This document shows, one piece after another, positions 25,695 through 35,700 of a DNA stretch of 64,000 bases (the stretch's first letter is position 1; each line of letters opens with the position of its first letter). Source of the stretch: Heterodontus francisci. Lineage: Eukaryota. The notes below the pieces were generated by a model. It was not told where the DNA came from, ran no database searches, and worked only from the letters and a program-made list of their open reading frames with translations. Position numbers and translations under genes: made by a program. Where the stretch lies: assembly GCF_036365525.1 (NCBI RefSeq), contig NC_090377.1, positions 31,712,201 to 31,776,200 on the forward strand, given 5' to 3'.

Positions 25695-27657
25695 GTTAGA
25701 TCACATAAGAAAAGTCAACATCTTCCTCTACTCTGTTTGGAGGTACTGCCTCTCAGCATTTCCACGAAAGGTTAGATCAAAGAAATGTCCAGTCTGCTTT
25801 AAGTGGTACAATGACTGAAAAGCCTGACAAGACTGAGGATCCTTAATCTGATCTCACTACCAACAGATATACAACACTCAACATTTGATTATTGGTGCCA
25901 GAAAGCTCAAAGCAGTAGTATTCCTCTCATATTTGAATAAGAAACACATTTTATCACAAATTTCATGATCATGTTTATTTGATCACGGGTTCAAAAAGGT
26001 GAAAGGCAATAGCACTGACATCAGGAAGTATTTATTCATGCAAAGAATATAATTTTGAAATAGATTTCTAGGTAGAGTAGTGGAGTCAAAATCCTTACAG
26101 TCATTCATAAGTCATTTGCTTGCTGTTTTAGAAGGACTGCAGGTTTTTCCTTCTGGATGGATGAGCTACAAGGGGTCTTCCAGTACAAATCATTGCTCAT
26201 CTGTCCATAAAAAATACTCCACATTTATATTAATCTAATGATGTTGGGTGATCTTGACAACACCTTCTCCAACAAGGTTAGAGGTTAGAAGAAATATTTA
26301 ATGGACATTTGGAATAAATTCTCAGAAAAGCTTGTTGATTTGGGTTCAACTGAAACCTTTAAAAAGGGAGCTCGGTCGACTTCTGTTGAAAAGAAAGATT
26401 GAGGGTTGCAGGAATATTAATAGGATTGCTAGAGTTTTTTATGGGAAGGTAGGAAAAGCAACTTAGGCATATCAATGCTTAATGTGCTGAAATTTCTCAC
26501 TTCACTGTTTTAGCACATGCATTTGTTTTAAATGTGCGAGAACACATAATATAGATTGGTTTCTCACCTCTGAATCAAAAAGACTGGATGTGGAGGAAGA
26601 AGGTAAATGGAAGCTTTACAGTAACCTTAAGGTCATCTCAAAGAACAACTCAATATTATTTTAATTTAACCTATGAACATAATCAATGCATGATCAATAC
26701 TTGCCCAAGAAAGCTTACTGGTTTATTAGCCCAAAACCTGTGTTCTATTTTGTTGAAAACATAAAGAAATATTATGCCACTGTTTGAGACTTTTTCCCCT
26801 GTGTGTAAATCAAAAGAATAGATTTTGAATTGATTACTATCCCGCTGTCTCTTTTATCTGAAAGAAGCAGCTTTTACGCTATCCTTCTGTTTAACACAGT
26901 TGAGTGATAGTTGACAGTTAAGCTTTCATTTAAGTGAATTCTTAAATATTTCATATTAAAAACATCTTCCAACTTGAGTTCCACTAATTTCATTACTCTA
27001 TTTGTTATAATCTAAGGATTTTCTATGTTAGGTAACAATAGCTTTCCTGCCATTTAGCAATGGAAATACTGTTGGAAAAAACGTCTCAGTGGATAGTTTA
27101 TCTTATGCAAAGCACCGATATCATGATCAGAATGTCCTGGCACAGTACAATTTTCGCTTGTGTTCTCTGTTATTTTTGGGTCCATTTTGTCTACTATCAT
27201 TTTGTTGACATGGATAAGTGTGAAAGCTTGTTTCTATGTTCTCACTTAAGTGCATTCAAGATCATTTTATTCACGAATGGCATATTTTAAAATTCATAGT
27301 TTTAAAGTTTATTCTTACGTCAACTTTTTCCCTCAGTCTCTAAATTTTCATGCAGTGCTTGTTTCTGCTCTTTTTTCTGGTAGTTTAAGACATTTATTTT
27401 CTTACATGAAAACATAGGAGAGTTACAGCACGGAAGGAGGCTATTTGTCCCATCATGCCTGTGCTGGTTGAAAAAGCTATCCAGCCTAATCCCACTTTCC
27501 AACTCGGTCTGTAGCCCTGTAGGTTAAGCACTTCAAGTGCATATCTAAGTACTTTTTAAATGATGAGGCTTTCTGCCTCTACCACCCTTTCAGGCAATGA
27601 GTTCAAGACATCCACCACCCTCTGGAGGAAAAACATTCTCCTCAACTCTCTCTAGTC

Positions 27658-28990
27658 CAGGGTTGTCCAACTTATGGCCCGGGGCTAATCCTCATCCTCA
27701 CTGTGATTGGAGATGAGAAATTTCTCTTTGTCAGACCATCTTTTAAACTATTGCACTGTCAGTTTCACACATGACAGCTGCTGACATCAGGAACAGCCGT
27801 TTCCTAACAGACTCGGGGTTTTCAGGCGGGTTTTGACTTTTTTTAAAAAGCCAGCAAGAAAATCCCGAGCCTGTTGGAAAATCGCTGTTTCTGATGTCAG
27901 CAACTATCAGCTGTGAAACTGATAGCCACCGTTTTTAAAAGAACTGACCGACCATCTGCTGAGCATTCCACTCTCTGCAACTGTGTGAGAGAGAGTGGTG
28001 GGGGGTGGAGAGAGGGAGAGGGGTAGAGACAGAGAGAAAGGGGGACAGCAGAGCGAGGTAGCGGGGGGAACAGAGAGAGAGAGGGGGACAGAGAGAGAGA
28101 GGGAAAGGGGGAGAGGGTGGGGAGAGACAGAGAGATAGGGGAAAACAGAGAGAGGAGTGGGGGGGGCCAGAGAGACAGGGGACCGAGACAATGGGAAACA
28201 CTGAGCGGGGAACACTGAGCGGGGAGCGGGGAACACTGGAAACATGGGGGTGAAAAGAGAGGAGGGAAGAGATACAGAGAGAGGGGGCTTGGAGAGGGAC
28301 AAAGAGGGGGGAGAAGGAGACAGAGAGAGTGGGAGATAGAGAGACAAACCGACAGAGAGGGGGAGAGAGAGACAGAGAGGGGAGAGAGGGGGAAGGAGAG
28401 TCAAAGAGTCATTTACTTACAGCACAGAAGGAGGCCAGATCCCCGTAGCCATGCAAGTCTATTTCTCTCAGGTGTCCATCCAACTTCCTCTTGAAGTCAT
28501 TGATTGTCTCTGCTTCCACCACCCTTGTGGGCAGTGAGTTCCAGGTCATTACCACCCGCTACGAAAAAAACCTTTCAATCTGTGTCCCCTAGTCCTGGGG
28601 GTGGATGGAAGAGAGAAAAAGACACACAAACACAGAGTGCGGGGAGAGAGATCAAGGTCTCTCCTGACAGATGGAAATCTATCCAGAATACTCTGCATTG
28701 CTACATTAAGTGTGTCGGCAGAGACTGACTACTTTTGCAAGCAAAAATAATGCCAGGTATGTCACTAAATCAGTTTTCAATATAATGACGAGAAAGTAAG
28801 TCAATAAATTAGTCTTCTCATGTAAAGTTTCTTCACATTTGTTGTTGTTTTTATGAGTAAGATAAATTTTAATAACTTTATCTTTCGAAATTTGCTCACC
28901 AGCAACCACCACCACACCCCTCCCCCCCACCCGCAGGGCTGAGCAAAAATCGTAATGTGGCCCTCCGCCTGAAAAGGTTGGACAACCCTG
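27658..28990. mobile_element. Non-autonomous hAT (Charlie-like) transposon
   Basis: TIR CAGGGTTGTCCAAC / GTTGGACAACCCTG and 8-bp TSD CTCTAGTC / CTCTAATC. It contains a palindrome (~27756-27925), a GA-rich tract and a CR1 tail fragment. Confidence 0.9.
27985..28405 (+). repeat. GA-rich low-complexity tract
   Basis: Degenerate (GA)n/(GGGA)n runs. These explain the Ser/Leu/Pro-rich antisense ORFs. Confidence 0.9.
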
Positions 28991-29439
28991 CTCTAATCCT
29001 CCTGGGAATTACTTTACATCTATGCCTTCTGGTTATTGACCTCTCTGCTAACAGAAATAGGTCCTTCCTACGCATTCTATCTAGGTCCCTCATCATTTTA
29101 AACACTTCAATTACATCTCTCCTCAGCCTCCTCTGTTCCAAAAAAACCAATTCCAGTCAACCCAATCTTCCCTCATAGCTAAAATTTTTCATTCTTGGCA
29201 ATATCCTCTTAAATCTCCTCTTTACCCTCTCTAGTGCACTCACATCCTTCTGGTAATGTGGTGACCAGAATTGTACACAGTACTCTAGATGAGGTCTAAC
29301 TCGTGTTTATTCAGTTCTAGCATAAGCTCCTTGCTCTTATATTCTATGCTTTGGCTAATAAAGAAAAGTATCCTGTATGCCTCCTTAACCACCTGAACTA
29401 CTACCTTCAGTGATCTGTGGACATGGACTCGAAGGTCCT

Positions 29440-30540
29440 TTTTTAATTCGTTCATGGAATGTGTGCGTCGTTGGCTAAGACAGCATTTATTGGCCATCCA
29501 TAATTGCACTTGAGAAGGTGGTGGTGAGCCGCCTTCTTGAACCACTGCAGTACTTGGCGGGGAGGTGGGGGGGAGGGGTGTTAGGTACACCCACAGTGCT
29601 GGTAGGAAGGGAGTTTCAGGATTTTTATCCAACGACAGTGAAGGAACGGCGATATAGTTCCAAGTCAGGATGGTGTGTGACTTGGAGGGGAACCTGTAGA
29701 TGTTCCCATGCATTTGCTGCCCTTGTCCTTTGAGGTGGTAGAGGTCGTGGGTTTGGAAGGTGCCTTGGTGCATTGCTGCAGTGCATCTTGTAGATGGTAC
29801 ACACTGCTGCCACTGTGCGTCGGTGGTGGAGGGAGTGAATGTTCGTGGATGGTCTGCCAATCAAGCAGGCTGCTTTGTCTTGGATGGTGTTGCGCTTCTT
29901 GAGTGTTGTTGGAGCTGCACCCATCCAGGCAAGTGGAAAGTATTCTATCACACTCCTGACTTGTACCTTGTAGATGGTGGACTGGCTTTGGGGAGTCAGG
30001 AGGTGAGTTACTTGCCGCAGGATCTTGACCTGCTTTTGTAGCCATGGTATATGTGGATACTCCAGTTCAGTTTCTGGCCAATGGTAACCTTGAGGATGTT
30101 GATAGTGAGGTATTCAGCGATGGTAATGCCATTGGATGTCAAGGGGAGATGGTTAGTTTATCTCTTGTTGGAGATAGACATTGCCTGGCACTTGTGTTGT
30201 GCTAATGTTACTTGCTACTTATCAGTTCAAGCCTGGATGTTGTCCAGGTCTTTCTGCATTTCTACACGGACTGCTTCAGTATCTGAGGAGATGTGAATGG
30301 TGCTGAACATTGTGCAATCATCAGCGAACATCCCCACTTCCGACCTTATGATTAAAAGAAGGTCATTGATGAAGCAGCTGAAAATGGTTGGACCTCAGAC
30401 ATTATCCTGAGGAACTCCTGCAGTGATGTCCTGGTACTGAGATGATTGACCTCCACAACCACAACCATCTTCTTTTGCACTCGGTATGACTCCAACTGGC
30501 AGAGAGATTTCTTCCTGATTCCCATTGACTCCAGTTTTGA
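29440..30540 (-). mobile_element. CR1-group LINE (second family) 3' portion
   Basis: Minus-strand motifs GMFADDC and EYFPLAWMGAAPTTLKK..IQDKAA. Homologous to 50790-51830 and 52465-53330. Confidence 0.8.
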
Positions 30541-31130
30541 TGTAGGAGTCCCATCCTTTTACTTTGTGGGAACATATTTCTGAACCCTCTGTGTATCTCC
30601 TCCTTTAATGTCTCCGACTGCTCTGACACTAATTTACCTTCAAGTACTATTTCCAGTCGACTTCTGCCAAATCCCATCTCAGCCTTTCCCCAATTTAGAA
30701 CTTTTCACTTGGTCTATCTTTGTCCTTTTCCATAACTATGCTAAATCTAACTGAATTATGATCACTACCACCAAAATGTTCTTCGACTGACACCCCTACC
30801 ACACGCCCAGCTTCATTTCCTAAAACTAAGTTCAGAACTGCCCCTTCTCTTGTTGGGCTTGCTACATATCGGCTAAAGAAGTCCTCCTGAATGCATTTTA
30901 AGAATTCTGCACCACCCATACCTTTCACACTGATTTTATCCCAGTTAATATTGAGGTAGTTGAAATCCCCCATTGTTTCTGCACTTCTCAGAAATGTGTC
31001 TACATAATTGTTCTTCTATCTTCCTCTGACTGTTTGGGGATCTGTAGTGTACTCCCAGTGGTGTGATTGCCTTTTTCTTGCTCCTCGGTTCAACCAATAG
31101 GGAATCTTATTTGATAATCCTTCTCGCATA

Positions 31131-31380
31131 TTTTCATGAGTTTCTTTGTGTTATCTTATGCAACACAATGAGGTATGTGGATTCCAGTTCCTTGAAGATC
31201 TCTAGAAGGTTTATTAACTAGTACATACAATACAGAGAAAAATATATACAGAATGTTTGTTTAGGGTGTTACAGTGCAGAGTGACTGTGGCTTCTAGTCA
31301 CATGACTACATCCTGGCACTTAGCTCATTAGCATACTGAGTTCTTAAAGGGACATCACTCTTAAAGCCATCATGCACCAT
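31131..31380 (-). repeat. Putative 3' LTR of the myc-carrying Gypsy element
   Basis: Directly follows the polypurine tract GGAAAGAAAGGGG (+ strand ccccttctttcc-like run at ~31381-31393), starts TG, contains AATAAA (~31210-31215), and abuts CR1 sequence at ~31130. The terminal CA is degraded. Confidence 0.65.
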
Positions 31381-31639
31381 CCCCTTTCTTTCCAAAGATA
31401 AGTCTCATAGGCTACAGGTAAAAACACATAAAATTGGACAATATCAAAATTATTTATACAGGGATAAAGATTATAAAATTTACAAGCATACAGATAGGGA
31501 TTGTGAAATTTACAAGTGCAGAAGCTTAAGAGTCCATATATTGTTTTGGTGGTTTGACAACTCTTCCAGATCTTGTTATGGTACGACCTTCTGGGGATAT
31601 GGGTTTCATCCTTCTTTTTCGAGCAGCATATCCTGCACC

Positions 31640-33279
31640 TCAGAGAATTTTGTGTTCTTCCTGAAGTTTGTCCTTCTCTGCATTCAGTTTCTGTTGCTCT
31701 ACCTTCAGCCTGCTAATGTATTCTGTTGCTTTTCTCAGGATGACCACTTTTGAGGCCTTGTGTCATGCAGGCCAAGAATGAGACACATTAATTTCGCCAC
31801 ATGAACATTGATTTTTAAACTGCTACTGGAGTAAAGAAAGAACTTGTTTTTTTTTTTAAAAAACAGACCCTTGACTGGAAAAACATTTGCATCATAACAG
31901 ACAGTACTTGGAAAAGACAAAGGGGCCACTCCCTGCTCCAATTTAATCCACAATGGACTTTTCATTACCAGACGTTGAAGGTGGAGAAGCTAGCATTCCA
32001 GGCTAACTACTAAGATGGCTAAATACACAAACAGATGTGGTCAGACCAGTTTAGTCACATGACTAACTGGCTGTTGGAGTTTTTTGAATTTGAACTTGCC
32101 ACAGAGTTTTAAAACTCAGAAAGCTGTTTGTTCCTGGACTAGAAAAGACCTGTCCTCTCCTCTCCTGTCTCATCTCTCTCTCCAGCTTCAGAAACCATTG
32201 AAGGCATCTGAACCCCAAGAGAGAAAAGTCTCCTACAGTGAACAAGATTTAAGAAGAATACTGGGCCCCAATGAAAAACAAGATCTACCTGCAAGCAAGG
32301 ACTACAGTGAGCTCAAAGTATAATAACAGAAACCCTTCTTCAGAGATTGCCTCAAACCTCTCTACTTTATTTTTCTTCTGCTCTTTTCTGTCTCTATTTG
32401 CATGTACGTATCACGTATGCATGCTAGCATGGGGCGCGGTGTGTATCCGTAGGTGTTAACTGAATTAGAGTATAAGTTTAAGTTTTAATAAATTTCACTT
32501 TTCTTCTTTAAACCTAAGAAAGTCTGTTTGTGCTCATTTCTTTGCCTCATAATTGGAAAGTGAACAAGGATTCACCAATGGGGAGCTAAAACACAGTGTG
32601 TTTAAAAGATAAACACTGTTACAATAAGACATAAGACCAGGTGACGGTTTAGAAAGATCTCTAGAAACCTTTCTCACCTGGTCGTAACACCTTGTCATTC
32701 TTGGAAAGTTCTGGCACCTCATCCTGAAGAGCAAACAGACCATGCTTCAACTCATTCCTCCTCTGCCTCTTCAGGACATTGTGTGTCCTTTTCCTCTCCT
32801 CATCCTCTGCATCTAAAGGCCTGGGACTTAAGGTCAAGGACTTGTTGGGAGGAGGAATACTTGGCATCATGGAGGTACCTGTCCGTTCTGGCTTGTTTTG
32901 GTGCTGGCGGTTCTCCAGAGAGCAGAGGTGAGGGCGCGGCATAGTTGTGCTGTTGCTGGATTTCCAGACTGCACCATTTGATGCTGGCCAGAGTCTGCGA
33001 GTGGGTTTCGTTCTTGAAGATTTCCCCTTGGCAATGGTTCCCACTGCCAGCCTTTGCTTCTCAATGGTTACAATGCCAATCTCTTCTTCTGAGTTACTGG
33101 AGCGGAAAGAAATGCTGCCTGTTGACAAAGAACTTTCACCATCTGAATTTGGATGTTTATTTTCTTGCCGCAGCATCTCTGAGAAGGGGCTGAAACTCTC
33201 CAAACCAGAACAACTGAGATCCTGGAAGAATTGTGACTCAATCTCAGACATCAGGGGGCTGGACACATGGAGTGACACC
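31640..33279 (-). pseudogene. myc: Intronless myc-family retrocopy (MbIII region through bHLH-ZIP; lacks MbI/MbII; Mych-like), split by a solo LTR
   Basis: Motifs QFFQDLS; SNSEEEIGIVTIEK (MbIIIb); IKWCSLEIQQQHNYAAPSP..PPAPKQAR (MbIV/NLS, in a shifted frame at ~32885-32985); SPRPLDAEDEERKRTHNVLKRQRRNELKHGLFALQDEVPELSKNDK. After the LTR it continues ASKVVILRKATEYISRLKVEQQKLNAEKDKLQEEHKIL*. Confidence 0.93.
31761..32689 (+). mobile_element. Solo LTR (family A) inserted in the myc bHLH loop
   Basis: TGTCATGC...GTCGTAACA termini, perfect 5-bp TSD CCTTG (31756-31760 and 32690-32694), and AATAAA at ~32487. Confidence 0.95.
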
Positions 33280-33760
33280 TCTCTGAGGTGCAATATGGCA
33301 TCGCCTTTGAAATCTCCTATAGAGTCGAACCTGTCCGGGTACATTTGTTGTAATTCCTGGACTGACTCAATGTGGGTAGCCATGGTCTCTTCTGCTGTAA
33401 AGGGTATCTTTGTGCTCTCGTGGATAGTCATGATGTTGAGGTCTTTACACACTGGTAGTCCTGCCACTGCTTGTCCATTCGTGTCTACCAGGTAAAATAT
33501 TTATGTTTTCCATGCCTATTTGGCATTGTTCGTGTGCCACTGCAAGGGATTGGTGACCCATTGTATACAGTTAACTTTGCAGTTGTCAGTTGTATCATTA
33601 ATTTCCAATGATCCCGGTACATATCCTTCAGGATTCGGTCTGGTAGGATATTTGCACTAGCGCCCATGTCAATCTTAGTCCTGAGTGTGTATTTGTCAAT
33701 TTTCTTTGGGAACATGATATTAACAGTAGCAAAAGCTTCCAGTTGTTTCAGGTTCACAAT
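33280..33760 (-). pseudogene. Gypsy aspartic protease and pol linker
   Basis: LRTKIDMGASANILP (degenerate DTG active site), AKLTVYNGSPI, and then MYPDRFDSIGDFKGDAILHLRE. Confidence 0.85.
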
Positions 33761-33949
33761 GTGAAATGCCTGCTTGTCTTGTGGCTAAGAATTGCTCCAC
33801 TCTGAGTCTTGTCTGAGGCCTATTTTGCTGTGGAAATCGTGAATTGGCCTGCATTTACGTAGGTCTCTGGCACTCCTTGCTGCTGTTGCCATGTTGCTGT
33901 GCCTGTCTTCTGTTTATTTGTGTCTGCTTGTGATTTCTGGCTACGTCTT

Positions 33950-34654
33950 TGGAGCCAGATTTCTTGCATAGGCAGGCCCACTGTCCTTTTGCACCACAAG
34001 TCTTGCACTGATCTTGAAATGCAGGATAATGTCATGGTGAGTGGGACAAAACACACTTACCACACAGCTTGCTTGCTTTTTGTGACCTGCTTACCTGCCG
34101 ATACTGTTGGTTGCACATAATGCTTGCAGATGCTGTTGTCCAGCTACAATGGCTTTGTATTTCTTGCCATCTTCTAGCAGCGCATCAATGCTGTGACCCT
34201 TCTTTTTCCCCAAGAGGTCTTTTTGAAATGCTTCAATAGGTGTTGAGACAATCACTAGCTCCATTATGCACTCCGACAGCTCAGTTTCTGAAAAATTGCA
34301 TTCATTGCCCTTACTGCAGCATCTACTGATGAATTGATTTATTGATTCCTGTGGCTGTTGCCTGTAGGACATCAGTTCCAGGTGATGAATTCTAAAGTTC
34401 ACTCTTATCCGAAGCTGATCTTCTGGCACTTTCCATGTCTTTGCGGGATCTTTCTGGTCCTCTTCAGATAAGCCAGAGGTATTGATTCTGTATAACCCCT
34501 CATTTCCAACTGTTATCAATATTTTCACAGACTGCTTCTCTGGTTCTGCAACCGCTTGGTCTATGAAGCATAGCTGCATTCTTTGTTTAAAAGGTTTGAA
34601 CTCAGATAGGATATCAATAGCCTTCCAGTTCATGCTGGGAAATTTGATATCCAT
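33950..34654 (-). pseudogene. Gypsy gag (Mag-like) with double Cys/His knuckle
   Basis: ORF 34091..34654 (RQQPQESINQFISR..ECNF), followed by CGKCVLSH..PAFQDQCKTCGAKGQWACLC. Confidence 0.85.
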
Positions 34655-35384
34655 CCTTCTGCTGTTCTTTTGCTTTCTGTTCTATATTTAGCTTTTTTCA
34701 GTTCTGTGTGTGCCTTCATCACTGTACTTGTTATGACTTTTCTATTTGTGGCTTAAAACTTTTTTAAAAACTTGTTCTATTAACTCTGCGCTGTTCCCCC
34801 TTTAAGAAATTCTTTTTTAAGCCAGCTGCTTTGATTGAGTATAACAGGTGCTTGAGAGTGTTCTTTCTTTTTTCTCTTTCAGCACTTGGCTTCTATGTTT
34901 ACACAGTTGTTCGATGGGCAGTTCAAGCTTGACTGGTTTAATTATATTTTTTAGCTTGATTACTTTAATGGAGAGTCGGGGCGGGGGGGGGGGGTTCCAT
35001 GCTTTTTTCCCACTATTGGACTTGTTTTTTTTTCAGTTCACATGTTTTTCAGAGTTTTCTCCATTTCTTTTTCTTGCTTACACAGAGCCTTTAGAAAATT
35101 ATTTTTTTTAAACTCTTTGAAGGCTTTTTTTTTTACTGGGATTGCAGTCTCAGCAGCGCCCACCTGCTGAGGGCTGCTGAGGCTTCAGAGCTGCTAGCCC
35201 TCTGATTGGTCTGACAGCATCAGGAGCCTGCTCGCCATTATTAATTGGATGGAGGGCCCACAGGCAACCAGTTAGGAGGCCACCAGTGGCAAAATCGCCA
35301 AGCCGATCCTGCTACTGGCAAGTGTGGGTTTGGGACATGCTTTTCAGCCCAACAGTTCTGAAGCCCATGGTAAAATTCAGCCAA

Positions 35385-35700
35385 TGCTTTCCATGTAGCT
35401 CTCAACCTCGTGGATGAACTATACTGACACCAGCTGCTGCTCAAGCTCTGAAATCCAGAACTTGAGTTCTTCCAACTGACCACGCTTGCTGCACATATGA
35501 TTGTCCAGGACTTGAGAAGTGTCCTGGAATTTCCACATGGCATAGAACATGCATTCAACGGGACTAAGGTGCCCTGCCACATGTCTATTTATTAGTCTAC
35601 TGTTTAAATATACCAGGAATAAAACATAAGAAATTTCCCGAATCTAGACAAAGAAAAGAAAAGAAACATTCACTAGCTACTTACCAATCAGCTCCTTGCC
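35385..35700 (-). mobile_element. CR1 ORF1 N-terminal fragment
   Basis: An alternative minus frame reads HMCSKRGQLEELKFWISELEQQL, resembling the zinc-finger/leucine-zipper start of CR1 ORF1. Confidence 0.5.

Larger units (their letters stand above)
27410..31130 (-). mobile_element. CR1 LINE pieces hosting nested hAT and LINE insertions
   Basis: 3' UTR at ~27410, LEQRRLRRDVIEVFK in ORF 28896..29150, and endonuclease motifs MGDFNY..GSDHN in ORF 30695..30973. Confidence 0.75.
31131..35100 (-). mobile_element. Defective Mag-like Gypsy LTR retrotransposon carrying a transduced myc sequence
   Basis: Order on the minus strand: A-rich leader, gag with double Zn knuckle, aspartic protease, pol linker, myc, integrase tail TITRSGRVVKPP, PPT, 3' LTR. 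No 5' LTR was found. Confidence 0.88.

Noticed and set aside
27907-28404. Ser/Leu/Pro-rich ORFs
   Set aside because: Translation of a GA-rich low-complexity tract.
31761-32689. This LTR as the 3' LTR of the myc-carrying element
   Set aside because: It has its own TSD, myc resumes on the far side, and a separate PPT plus LTR lies at ~31131-31393.
32661-33467. ORF as a functional host myc exon
   Set aside because: No intron or splice sites at the conserved junction, embedded in Gypsy pol, frameshifted, carries E-to-K in the basic region, and its last codons come from an inserted LTR.
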